A stretch of DNA of 64,000 bases, taken from a virus. Positions 29,777 through 38,965 of this stretch are shown here, in pieces (the stretch's first letter is position 1; every line of letters starts with the position of its first letter). The stretch covers positions 32,001 to 96,000 of the IMG/VR virus record IMGVR_UViG_3300021962_000023, one strand, 5' to 3'. The notes under the pieces are model-generated. The model did no database searches. It had not been told where the DNA came from and was given only the letters and a program-made list of their open reading frames with translations. The position numbers were made by a program, and so were the translations under genes.

Positions 29777-31003
29777 TTATCTCCCCACTTCTTTTAAGTA
29801 ACTTTCTTTCATTTGTTCCCAAGTCATTCCAATAGCATCTACATAAAATAGAACTTCCGGTTTGATTTTACCATCTTCAAACAATTTTTCATATCGTTTG
29901 ATTGCTTTATCTTTCCACCATTTTACAGTGTATTCATTTCCATCGGCAAATTTCTTTTTAAGAACTAAATCTTTTTCTTCGATTTTAGAACAAAGGAACT
30001 CATTACCATTCTCATACATTTGTGCAAAATATACACCTCTTTGGAATCCATGGTCATAAGCGTTACCTTTGATACCCAACTCTTTGAAAATCGCCTGAAT
30101 AATCTTTTGTTTGATTCCACTTACAGGTCCGTTTCTATCGTAACCCATATTAGCACCATTTCGTTCTCTCTCATCCATAATGTGCATTTTATACCATTCT
30201 GAACGATTTTCTTTTAACCATTGATGCCATGGGTCATATACCTTATCATCCGGCTTTGTAGAAATCTTACCTTTGGATTCTCCCAATGTTTTGAAATGAG
30301 GAATACCATTATATTGTGAGTGGATACCATATAAAGATGTTGTACCAACTCCAATCAATGGGTTATTGTATTTCTTTTGCCAGTAATCTCTAATTTCAGG
30401 TGCGGTTGCCAATGCTGCAATTAACTTACCACCCAAAAAATTGTAACCAAATGGTTGTGTTGATACAATAGTAGTTGCAATAGTGGTACAATTCAATTTA
30501 CCATTCTGAAACTTATCTTCCTTTTGCCATCCAATGTAATTATCTCTAACTCCTAATGATGTAATATCCGAACCTAAACAAATCTGCCCTAATATCTTAC
30601 CACTTGTTCTATCTTTTACATAGCACTTTACATTACGACCTGGGTTAGCTTGGAATTCCATTGTATGAATTAATCTACGGATTTCAGTCCATCTAGTAGA
30701 TTCTTTTGGATTATCATCTACAATATCGACATAAGGGTCTATTGATTGAATTTCCGCAATAGTTAATTCCTTATTCATTATGTCCGTAGGTTTCCACAAC
30801 GAATCGTAGTGAGATTGTAATACAGGTAATTTTTTCATATTACCAATTAAATCTTCATTCCACTCCATCCATTTTTTGTATAGAGTTTGTTCTTCAACTG
30901 ACATTTCTTTAAGATAATCTAAGTTCTCAATAAACTTCTTTTTCATCTCATCGTAGTCAAATACCTCTGTGTTGGTTTGTTCACCTGTATCCCAAAATTT
31001 CAT
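29777..31003 (-). CDS. DUF4338/DruA-like protein
   Basis: NPGRN..YV.D..SGKILG.I.LGSD...RD.YIGW, STQPFGYNFLGGKL.A.L, TTSLYG..SQYN. Confidence 0.8.
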   Translation of the reverse strand: MKFWDTGEQTNTEVFDYDEMKKKFIENLDYLKEMSVEEQTLYKKWMEWNEDLIGNMKKLPVLQSHYDSLWKPTDIMNKELTIAEIQSIDPYVDIVDDNPKESTRWTEIRRLIHTMEFQANPGRNVKCYVKDRTSGKILGQICLGSDITSLGVRDNYIGWQKEDKFQNGKLNCTTIATTIVSTQPFGYNFLGGKLIAALATAPEIRDYWQKKYNNPLIGVGTTSLYGIHSQYNGIPHFKTLGESKGKISTKPDDKVYDPWHQWLKENRSEWYKMHIMDERERNGANMGYDRNGPVSGIKQKIIQAIFKELGIKGNAYDHGFQRGVYFAQMYENGNEFLCSKIEEKDLVLKKKFADGNEYTVKWWKDKAIKRYEKLFEDGKIKPEVLFYVDAIGMTWEQMKESYLKEVGR

Positions 31004-31029
31004 ATTTTAGATTTTATTATTATGTTTTA

Positions 31030-31061
31030 CAAATATACGAAAAATTATTAGTATTACCAAA
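31030..31061 (-). promoter_or_regulatory. Bacteroidota sigma-A-type promoter for the DUF4338-GT-PolB unit
   Basis: TTTG-N20-TATATTTG. Confidence 0.8.
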
Positions 31062-31857
31062 ATTTAACGGATATTTCTGAATCTGGTTCAATTGTAGTAT
31101 GGTGCTGAACACCTTTATTATATTCTCTAGCATTTTTAGGATAAGGCCTAACTTCGTGTTTTAACCTCTTAATCAAATCTTTCTTCTCCTTTTTATCTGC
31201 TCCTATGATTTGTATGTATCTATGCTTTGGTGGTTCTTCTCTTCTCCAAAATTCTTTGTAACCATCTTTACCGATTTCTCTACGAAGATGTTCTAAATTA
31301 CCACTACCCCATTTGGTAAACACAGTCCTACTATGAATCCATTTAAATGGGTCATTTGATAGAGAGATACCATAATTTGGCATTAGGGCAATATCAGTAT
31401 TTAACCCCTGATAAATCCAATTGGTTGCTTGATAAATTCCTCCCAAATGTTCTTGTCCGTTATCTGCATAGGAAATAAGTACTTTGATATTCTTATCATT
31501 TTCTCTGAACCATTTGAATGATTGTCCTAATGCATATGATTCTATATTTGAACCATATCCATCATCACAATATAAACGAGTCAATTCCAAAATATTATCT
31601 TTGGTCAATCCCTCACATACCGATGTAGATGCTCTCGCACCTACGGGAAATCCATAAACCATACATCCAATTAGAATCTCATCATCACCAATTACATTTT
31701 GATTATCAGTTTTGTAAAATATACCCAATGCATATCTACAAGCAGTCCAAGCGTGAGTATAGTGTTTTTTAACAATAATCTCTTTGGCTACATTACTATT
31801 GATTTCTCTTATGGATACTTTACTCGTATCACAATATAACTTATTAACTTCTTTCAA
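31054..31857 (-). CDS. Mom-family GNAT DNA-modification protein, paralog 1
   Basis: KKHY, GCMVYG.P, LELTRL, ES..L..S, ISYAD..H.G.IYQATNWIY.G. Confidence 0.85.
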   Translation of the reverse strand: MKEVNKLYCDTSKVSIREINSNVAKEIIVKKHYTHAWTACRYALGIFYKTDNQNVIGDDEILIGCMVYGFPVGARASTSVCEGLTKDNILELTRLYCDDGYGSNIESYALGQSFKWFRENDKNIKVLISYADNGQEHLGGIYQATNWIYQGLNTDIALMPNYGISLSNDPFKWIHSRTVFTKWGSGNLEHLRREIGKDGYKEFWRREEPPKHRYIQIIGADKKEKKDLIKRLKHEVRPYPKNAREYNKGVQHHTTIEPDSEISVKFW

Positions 31858-32605
31858 TTGGTTCTAATTTATGTATTTCTTCAATAAATTCCTCTTTTGC
31901 TTTTGGATATGGTAACGATGGATACTTTAAAGATTTTAATAACTTCTTTTTTTCCCTACCACTCAAAAGTATATAAACATATCGATGCTTTCTCGGTTCT
32001 TTTTTAATCCAAAATGGTACGGATACCATTGTTTGGATTATCTTTGGGTCATTAGTACCATATCTTACAAAAGATGTTCTACTATGATGCCATTCATCAT
32101 CTTCCTTCCACTTAAAACTCCAACTATCATTTGGTCTGATTCGATTTCCCTGATATATCCAATTTGTTGCTTGATATACAGTTCCTAAATGACCTGCTTT
32201 TGGGTCTGAATACGATACTAATGCTTTGATATGTGATGCGTTTTCTCTCAACCATTCAAATGATTTACCAACAAACCAACTTTCAATATTACTACCATAT
32301 CCATCAAATACAAATAAACGGGTTAGTTCTAAAACCTCCGTTCTATCTAATAGTTCCGAAATGGATGCGCCGGAATGTCTACCAACCGGGTCACCATAAC
32401 AAGCTACTCCAATAAGTTTTTCGTTTACTCCACCAAAGAATTTGTGTTCATCGTTTGAAACATGAAACAAACCAATAGCATAAGATACCTTCGTCCATAT
32501 ACCACTATAATGGTTATTGACGATGATATCTTTTGCTACATTTTTATTTATTGCTCTTACGATTAATTTAGAAATATCACAATATAACTTATTAGGTTCT
32601 TTCAT
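31844..32605 (-). CDS. Mom-family GNAT DNA-modification protein, paralog 2
   Basis: NNHY, GVACYGDP, LELTRL, VSYSDPKAGHLGTVYQATNWIYQG, KHRY. Confidence 0.85.
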   Translation of the reverse strand: MKEPNKLYCDISKLIVRAINKNVAKDIIVNNHYSGIWTKVSYAIGLFHVSNDEHKFFGGVNEKLIGVACYGDPVGRHSGASISELLDRTEVLELTRLFVFDGYGSNIESWFVGKSFEWLRENASHIKALVSYSDPKAGHLGTVYQATNWIYQGNRIRPNDSWSFKWKEDDEWHHSRTSFVRYGTNDPKIIQTMVSVPFWIKKEPRKHRYVYILLSGREKKKLLKSLKYPSLPYPKAKEEFIEEIHKLEPIERS

Positions 32606-32789
32606 AAGGCCACTTTATCATGTGTGTCCACGTTTGGTTTGTAACTATTTTTTTAATGTTAGCAGGGGATACTTTATAGTTCCTAGCAATAACATTTATA
32701 TTCCTATGACCTATTTTGTATAGTTCTCTGATTTGCAATATCTGCTCTTCAGTCAATTTGTGCATTGGATGCGATTCTCCTCTTAACAT
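32592..32789 (-). CDS. Stand-alone HTH domain of the kind found at HNH homing-endonuclease C-termini
   Basis: RGESHP..KLTEEQI..IR..IARNYKVS..I..I..W.H; no nuclease domain. Confidence 0.65.
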   Translation of the reverse strand: MLRGESHPMHKLTEEQILQIRELYKIGHRNINVIARNYKVSPANIKKIVTNQTWTHMIKWPYERT

Positions 32790-32831
32790 ATGTCTAATAT
32801 AACCAATTTTTTTGATAATCACAAATTTATT

Positions 32832-33095
32832 TTACTTTAAATGTTCATTTAATGCATTTACATAGGTTAATTTCGAAGATGCTCCGGTGAATCTATCCAC
32901 TTCTTTTCCATCTTTTTCGATAATTACCGTAGGTACGGAACGGATTCCGTATTTTGTAGCTTCATCGTATGCCACATCAACATCATAATCTTCAAATATT
33001 ACATTTGAAAATTGAGTCTTTACTTCGTTCATAACCGGAGCTAGTGCTCTACAAGGTCCGCACCATGCTGCGGAGAATTTTTTAACTGTTACCAT
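32832..33095 (-). CDS. trxA: Thioredoxin
   Basis: WCGPC, IRSVPT. Confidence 0.95.
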   Translation of the reverse strand: MVTVKKFSAAWCGPCRALAPVMNEVKTQFSNVIFEDYDVDVAYDEATKYGIRSVPTVIIEKDGKEVDRFTGASSKLTYVNALNEHLK

Positions 33096-34129
33096 TCTTT
33101 TAAATTTTTAGTTCGTTCTATTGATGTTAAATAATGTAAATTCATCATTTTAATTTCATTTGGGAATATAGTTTTGAAATTTTCATTCATTTGTTTTGCA
33201 TGATAGAATATTGATTTTCTATTATGTTCGTAATTATCTATACATTTCTCCCACATTGTATAAATTTCTTCTTTAGATTTTTTTGATAAATCTAAAATTA
33301 TTTCTTGTATCCTATCCATTCGTTCCGAATCAGGCAAATCATCATAACTTTCATCTATAATATCAGAAAATGTTCTGAATCCCATTTTTTGTAAATTTCT
33401 CAAAGTATGTCTTTGCCCTATTACAATAAATGGTCTAGGAAATGCCAATGCTCTAAATGTTTTTTCAGATATAAAAGTATATGGTATTGATAATATTTCA
33501 GAAGAATATTTAGATTCATTCAATATATTAATAGCACTATTTTTATATATTTCAGTTAATTCATTATGGTTTGCATGCGTTGATTGATTGTAATTTTCTT
33601 CAAAATTACGCTCATTATTCCATAAAAATGAGTAATATGATATGCTTTTTAAATCATTAGAATCAAAAAATGTTTTGAATTGTATTTTATGTTCTTTACT
33701 CGTTCTATTTAATGTTAAAAAATGTTTTTCAAAATTCATATCCAATGGAAAAGGATATTCTCCTGAATTAAAGTATTCTGCTGGTGTTACAAAATTTAAA
33801 TGAAATGGATAATAATAAAAATTAAATTGAAAAAATCCCAATAAACTTTCATATTCTTTACTTCTATTTTCATATAGAATGTGAAATTTTTTAGTATTAA
33901 TTTTCTTCTCTAAAAAAAATTCATGTATTCTATATAAATGTAATATAGATGTTTGTGTAAGCGGTTCTCCACGTTCACAATATATTAGTTTATATTCTCT
34001 ATAATTTGCTTCATAAAACTCCAACAATTCATCAATTTCTTTGTTTGAAAAAAATATAAGAATTGGTCGATTTATTAACAATGTTTTAGATATATCATCT
34101 ATTACAATATATTCTTTAAAATTATTCAT
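33089..34129 (-). CDS. Hypothetical protein (phage family, possibly glycan-related)
   Basis: FLTLNR, FISEKT, PFIVIG..L..MGFRTF..IDESYD. Confidence 0.5.
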   Translation of the reverse strand: MNNFKEYIVIDDISKTLLINRPILIFFSNKEIDELLEFYEANYREYKLIYCERGEPLTQTSILHLYRIHEFFLEKKINTKKFHILYENRSKEYESLLGFFQFNFYYYPFHLNFVTPAEYFNSGEYPFPLDMNFEKHFLTLNRTSKEHKIQFKTFFDSNDLKSISYYSFLWNNERNFEENYNQSTHANHNELTEIYKNSAINILNESKYSSEILSIPYTFISEKTFRALAFPRPFIVIGQRHTLRNLQKMGFRTFSDIIDESYDDLPDSERMDRIQEIILDLSKKSKEEIYTMWEKCIDNYEHNRKSIFYHAKQMNENFKTIFPNEIKMMNLHYLTSIERTKNLKEW

Positions 34130-34139
34130 TTCATTTATT

Positions 34140-35921
34140 TTAACCTTCGCAACTCACACAAGTTTCATCCATTGCTCTTGCTGCTATATCACCTCTCAAT
34201 ACTGATTCGGTTCTCATATAGTACAAAGTCTTAACTCCTTGCTTCCATGCTTCCATATGAATTTGGTTAATCCACTTTGGTTCTGCTGTTGCAGGGAATG
34301 CTAAGTTTAGAGAAACTGATTGGTCAATGTATTGTTGTCTTACACCGGCTTGTCTTACTAAATCCAATTGATTAATTTCCTTAAATGTTTTGAATACATC
34401 TTTAACTGAACTACATCTATGTGCTCTCTCGTCAATTGATACTTCTTTACATTCAATTAGTTTACCATCCGAAAAACACCAATCATCTAAGAAATCTAAA
34501 TCTTGTACCGAACCACCATCTGCAAGGATTTTATCCCATACTTCCTTAGTGTTCTTACCAATTTTCTTAAATACTCTTTCCAATTCAGGGTTCTTTCTAA
34601 TGAAAGTTCCTTTTGATGTTTGTTCGGTAAATACATTGGCTGCCCAAGGTTCAATACCACTACTTACATTACCACTCAACTTAGAGTTTGAAACAGTTGG
34701 TGCTACTGCTCTTAGGTGTGTGTTTCTAAATCCACTTTCTTTACACCACAATGGTTCACCATATTCAGATGCTAAATCTCTACTTGCTCTTTCGGATTCA
34801 ATCTTCATTTGAGAGAAAATCTTACGAGTTTCAAATTGAGCTTGCAATCCTTCAAATGGTAATCCTTTTTGTTGTAAGTAAGTGTGCCATCCTAATACAC
34901 CTAACCCCAATGCTCTACCTCTTTCTGCAGAACGAACCGAATTCTCAAATCCCTTCATATTCTTTGCTCTCTGAATGAACTCTTCTAATACACCATCTAA
35001 AAAGATAGTAGCAGTGTATACTAAATCAGTATCTTTCCACTCATCGTATTTTGCTAAATTTAAAGAACTTAAACAACAAACAAATGAGTGTTGTTCATCG
35101 GTATGTAAAACGATTTCAGAACAAATGTTAGTCATATGTACTTTTAATCCGTTCTTCTTATACATTTCAGGGTTTTGTTTGTTTACATTACCCTTATACA
35201 TAATGTAAGGTTCGCCAGTTGCTTTACGCTTCTGAAGTAACTTACCCCATTTTCTACGAGCTTCCGAATCACCTTCCTCAACTTTCTTCATAAATCTATC
35301 ACTAACTACAACGCATTGATGTAAGTTAAGTGATTGGCGATTTACATCTCCCTTTGGTTCTCTGATTTCTAAAAAATCTTCGAAATCCTTATGTTCGATT
35401 TTAATGTTTACCGATGCTGCCCCTCTACGAACACTACCCTGATTGGTTGCAAGTATCGTAGAATCGTAGATTTTAGCAAATGGTACAATACCATCACTCG
35501 TTCCATTGCCGGTGATTTTAGAACCTGCGGGTCGTATCATATTGATTCCAATACCAACACCACCACCATGCTTTGCTAACAACATCAATTCTAAGTTCTT
35601 AGAACCAATTTCATAAACACTATCACCCACATCGATACCGAAGCAAGAGATTGGTAAACCTCTATCAGTACCTGTGTTTGATAATACAGGCGTTGCTAAA
35701 CACAACCATCCCTTCCAAATGTAATCAAAGAATTTTGTTGCTAATTGCGGTTTATCCAATCTTTTAGCAACTGCCGTAGCAACTCTCCAATATGCATCCT
35801 TTGGCTTTTCGCCAGCTTGTAAATAAGTTTTCGATATAGTTTTTACATATATCTCATTATTTCCCCACGATGGGAAATCAACATCGACTTCCCATCCGTA
35901 TTCTTCTCCGAAATTTTTCAT
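34140..35921 (-). CDS. nrdA: Ribonucleotide reductase class I alpha subunit, short form without ATP cone
   Basis: ATPVLSN, PISCF, NICSEI (NxCxE), RALGLG, APT.S.S, KTLYY, C-terminal CVSCEG. Confidence 0.96.
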   Translation of the reverse strand: MKNFGEEYGWEVDVDFPSWGNNEIYVKTISKTYLQAGEKPKDAYWRVATAVAKRLDKPQLATKFFDYIWKGWLCLATPVLSNTGTDRGLPISCFGIDVGDSVYEIGSKNLELMLLAKHGGGVGIGINMIRPAGSKITGNGTSDGIVPFAKIYDSTILATNQGSVRRGAASVNIKIEHKDFEDFLEIREPKGDVNRQSLNLHQCVVVSDRFMKKVEEGDSEARRKWGKLLQKRKATGEPYIMYKGNVNKQNPEMYKKNGLKVHMTNICSEIVLHTDEQHSFVCCLSSLNLAKYDEWKDTDLVYTATIFLDGVLEEFIQRAKNMKGFENSVRSAERGRALGLGVLGWHTYLQQKGLPFEGLQAQFETRKIFSQMKIESERASRDLASEYGEPLWCKESGFRNTHLRAVAPTVSNSKLSGNVSSGIEPWAANVFTEQTSKGTFIRKNPELERVFKKIGKNTKEVWDKILADGGSVQDLDFLDDWCFSDGKLIECKEVSIDERAHRCSSVKDVFKTFKEINQLDLVRQAGVRQQYIDQSVSLNLAFPATAEPKWINQIHMEAWKQGVKTLYYMRTESVLRGDIAARAMDETCVSCEG

Positions 35922-35931
35922 AAATTATAAT

Positions 35932-36945
35932 TTAAAATATATCATCCCAATTTTCACCTTCTCCTGCTTTTGAGTAATCCGTTGGTCTCATTGCAAAGAA
36001 ATCGGTATGTGTAACTCCTCCTGTAAGATGATAAAACCAATCCAATTCAGATGCTTTCTTCTCATCAAATTCAAAGTAATCATCTCCTCCTGGTATTGGA
36101 TTGTAACCTAATTCTGCTAACTTTTCATTAACTCTCTTTGTAATGAATTCTTTTAGGTCATCTTTTTTAAGATTCTCCAAATCACCCATTTCGAAAATCT
36201 TATCAATGAATTTGTGTTCCAAATCTCTAATTATTTCAGCTGCTTTGTAGATATCCTCTTTTGCTTCTTCTAACAATTCAGGAAACTCTTCACACATATG
36301 TCTGAATAATTGTACTCCCATCTTTGAGTGTAGTGATTCATCCCTTACACTCCATTTCATTTGTTGTCCAATTCCTTTTAATAGGTTTCTCATTTGAAAT
36401 GAATACAATACAGCGAATGATGAATACAATGCAACTCCTTCAGCGAATGCTGAAAAGATTGCAAGTGAACGAGCTACTTCCTTTCTAGCAATTGGATTTG
36501 TATCCAAATCTTTTGGAGTCCAATCTGCGGTTGTATTTGTTAATAACTCAAATCTCTCTTTCATTGCTTCATCGTGTAAGAATCCTTCAAAGTCATCTAA
36601 CCCCAATGTTTCATTTAAGTATGAATATGCAATTGAGTGAATTGTTTCTTGTGAACCGAATGCCATTGCCATCTGTCTAATCTCATGCTTTGGAAACCAT
36701 TTGGTAACCATACCAGTCCAATAATCAGAAACGGCACATTCAGTTTGAGCAAATCCTAAAAGAATATTACCTACTAAATGCTTTTCTTCTTTTGTTAAAT
36801 TTTCATTCCAATCTTTGACATCCCCTTGCATTGGTATTTCAGTATGTAACCAAAACGCCTGCATTTGTTTCAGCCAACCCTCATTATAATAATCCGGATA
36901 TTCAAAGGGTTTAAAAGGAATTCTTTCTGTAAATAATTTGCTCAT
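35932..36945 (-). CDS. nrdB: Ribonucleotide reductase class I beta subunit
   Basis: W...E, ETIH..AY, EG..L.SSF, RDESLH, DFF..R.TDY. Confidence 0.96.
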   Translation of the reverse strand: MSKLFTERIPFKPFEYPDYYNEGWLKQMQAFWLHTEIPMQGDVKDWNENLTKEEKHLVGNILLGFAQTECAVSDYWTGMVTKWFPKHEIRQMAMAFGSQETIHSIAYSYLNETLGLDDFEGFLHDEAMKERFELLTNTTADWTPKDLDTNPIARKEVARSLAIFSAFAEGVALYSSFAVLYSFQMRNLLKGIGQQMKWSVRDESLHSKMGVQLFRHMCEEFPELLEEAKEDIYKAAEIIRDLEHKFIDKIFEMGDLENLKKDDLKEFITKRVNEKLAELGYNPIPGGDDYFEFDEKKASELDWFYHLTGGVTHTDFFAMRPTDYSKAGEGENWDDIF

Positions 36946-37032
36946 ATTTTTATTTTGTTTATGTTTGAAGTGTAGGTATAACTATGTTCCGAATTTATAA
37001 ATTTTCCTTTTTCTTTAGAAAATTTTATACAA

Positions 37033-38388
37033 TTATCCCATATTTTCAACATACTTTTTGTGTAATAATTTCTTCTCTAAATTCTCTCCGTTTTTAGAGT
37101 CTTTGGTTGCATTCATACCATCTTGCGATGTTGCTGCAAATACATCCATCACCCCATGGAATGTATCAATCTTAGCTGGAAAAGTCATTCCATCAGGTCC
37201 AAATCGATTTTTAACGATGTGAATACGACCTGTATTTGATAACTTATCCTTAGTTTTTCTACTAACACTCATAATAAAGTCGGCAGTTTGAACTTTCTTA
37301 TACGAATCTCCAACCGAATCCGCTTGAATAACTTCATGCTCAATAGCCGCTCTATTGGTCTGTGTTGCTGTCCAAATTGGAATACCGGCTTCTCCACTTA
37401 AACCTCTAAGTTCTTCGTAGATTCCACCTAATTCAGCGTATAAACCATCTCTACCACTGCCACTTTTTAATAAATCGGCGTAATCGATGATGATTAAATC
37501 TGGTGCAAATCCAATTTGTTTTAACTTTTCAATATGAGCTGCAAGAGTTTTAGAAGATGCGAACTGTGGTGGATAGTACTTAATACGAACTCTGCCCGGC
37601 GTACCTTTAATCTTTCTGATAATCTCATCCTTTCGTTCTTTATGTTCTGATGTTTGGATTCCAGTCAAAATTGTAGTATATCTTTGTCCTACATAACTTT
37701 CGGATAATTCCAAAGAGTAGTGTAAAACATTTTTACCTTTTTGTAATGCCGAACATGCTATCTTTGATAAGAACCAACTCTTACCAATACCAGATGGTGC
37801 CATTACAACTCCTAATTCACCTGGTCCTAAACCACCATCCATTAATTCATCAATAACTTCCCATCCCGTTGATACTGAATTTCGTTTGACATCTTCCATA
37901 ATGAGTTCAAACTCATCAATGTAATCCAAACCCAAATCAGATTCTACACCAACTTTGGATGCTGCCATCATTGTTTCTATAATCCTATCGTAATTACCTG
38001 CTTTAAGTAAATCTACGGATTTTAGAAGAGCATCTTTAACTTTTTGATTTTTAGCGAATGTAAGATATTCTTTCTTAACATAAGGTAAATCATTTGATTC
38101 AATTTGTAGATAAACATGTTTTAATTGTTCAACTACGGTTTGCTTTAATGCCTTATCTTCAATACTTCCAACTTTGATTTTGAACACTTCCATAGTTGGA
38201 ACTGCACGGAATTCGTTGAAGTAATTTTGTACCTCATCTACAATCCATTGGTTTGCTTGTGATTCAAAAAATGCCGGTTTAGTGATTTCGTTTACCTGTT
38301 CAAGAAACTTAACATCCGTTATAAGTGAAGCAACAACTTTTGATTGATACGATTGTCCATATTTTACCAATGTATCTACTGCTTCCAT
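37033..38388 (-). CDS. Replicative helicase, DnaB/T4 gp41-like
   Basis: APSGIGKS, YSLEL, IIDYAD, WTATQTNR, K.RFG. Confidence 0.93.
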   Translation of the reverse strand: MEAVDTLVKYGQSYQSKVVASLITDVKFLEQVNEITKPAFFESQANQWIVDEVQNYFNEFRAVPTMEVFKIKVGSIEDKALKQTVVEQLKHVYLQIESNDLPYVKKEYLTFAKNQKVKDALLKSVDLLKAGNYDRIIETMMAASKVGVESDLGLDYIDEFELIMEDVKRNSVSTGWEVIDELMDGGLGPGELGVVMAPSGIGKSWFLSKIACSALQKGKNVLHYSLELSESYVGQRYTTILTGIQTSEHKERKDEIIRKIKGTPGRVRIKYYPPQFASSKTLAAHIEKLKQIGFAPDLIIIDYADLLKSGSGRDGLYAELGGIYEELRGLSGEAGIPIWTATQTNRAAIEHEVIQADSVGDSYKKVQTADFIMSVSRKTKDKLSNTGRIHIVKNRFGPDGMTFPAKIDTFHGVMDVFAATSQDGMNATKDSKNGENLEKKLLHKKYVENMG

Positions 38389-38627
38389 TATGCTTCAGCG
38401 TTTTGTTTTCTTAATTGTTTTTTAGATTTAACCGTTTCTACTTGGTCGGTTGCTTGGTCGGTAGCTTGGTCGTTCTTTGGTTTACGAATTGCTGCTTTCC
38501 ATTCTGACTTTGGACAGAATGCCCATACTTTGGTACTTACTTTTGTATCTGCTTCCGAATCTGTTACTCTACGGATTGTACCTAGTTTGTTGTCTTTTGT
38601 TTCTTTTACTACTTTAATACACTTCAT
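38388..38627 (-). CDS. Hypothetical protein with DQAT repeats
   Basis: ORF coupled to the helicase start. Confidence 0.6.
   Translation of the reverse strand: MKCIKVVKETKDNKLGTIRRVTDSEADTKVSTKVWAFCPKSEWKAAIRKPKNDQATDQATDQVETVKSKKQLRKQNAEA
38442..38472. repeat. Short 12-nt tandem repeat (about 2.6 copies)
   Basis: TTGGTCGGTTGC-TTGGTCGGTAGC-TTGGTCG, encoding DQAT DQAT DQ. Confidence 0.8.
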
Positions 38628-38655
38628 ACTTTTTGTCCATGTTTAATTTAAAAAA

Positions 38656-38961
38656 TTATTTTACTACCATTAAGATTTCCGATTCTCTTAATAAGATGTA
38701 TTTGTTACCACCTACTTTGATTTCTTGTCCTTGGTGATATGGTGGAAGAATCACTTCATCGCCTACTTCAACACTCATTGGAATTAATGTTCCACTTTGT
38801 GTATAAATGCCAGGTCCTACTGATTCTACTTTTGCTCTTTTGATATCTTCACTTCGAACTGAATCGGGAATAATGATACCACCTGCTGTTTGTGTAACTT
38901 CTGGTTCTAACTCTGATAGAAGAACTCTATCTCCTAAAGGTTTTGCTAATCTGTCTGCCAT
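38656..38961 (-). CDS. groES: Co-chaperonin GroES
   Basis: KPLGDRVL, TAGGIIIP, V..VGPG, V.VGD.V, LRESEI. Confidence 0.95.
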   Translation of the reverse strand: MADRLAKPLGDRVLLSELEPEVTQTAGGIIIPDSVRSEDIKRAKVESVGPGIYTQSGTLIPMSVEVGDEVILPPYHQGQEIKVGGNKYILLRESEILMVVK

Positions 38962-38965
38962 TTGT

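Noticed and set aside
29777-31003. Complete Druantia defence system
   Set aside because: Only a DruA-like gene is present. There is no DruE helicase or other Dru gene, and the neighbours are phage replication genes.
26100-38388. Introns or inteins in PolB, NrdA, NrdB or the helicase
   Set aside because: All are continuous ORFs of normal length with ordered motifs.
38442-38472. DQAT tandem repeat as a contingency or phase-variation locus
   Set aside because: It has under three copies, is in frame, and lies in a low-complexity linker, so it is probably neutral slippage.
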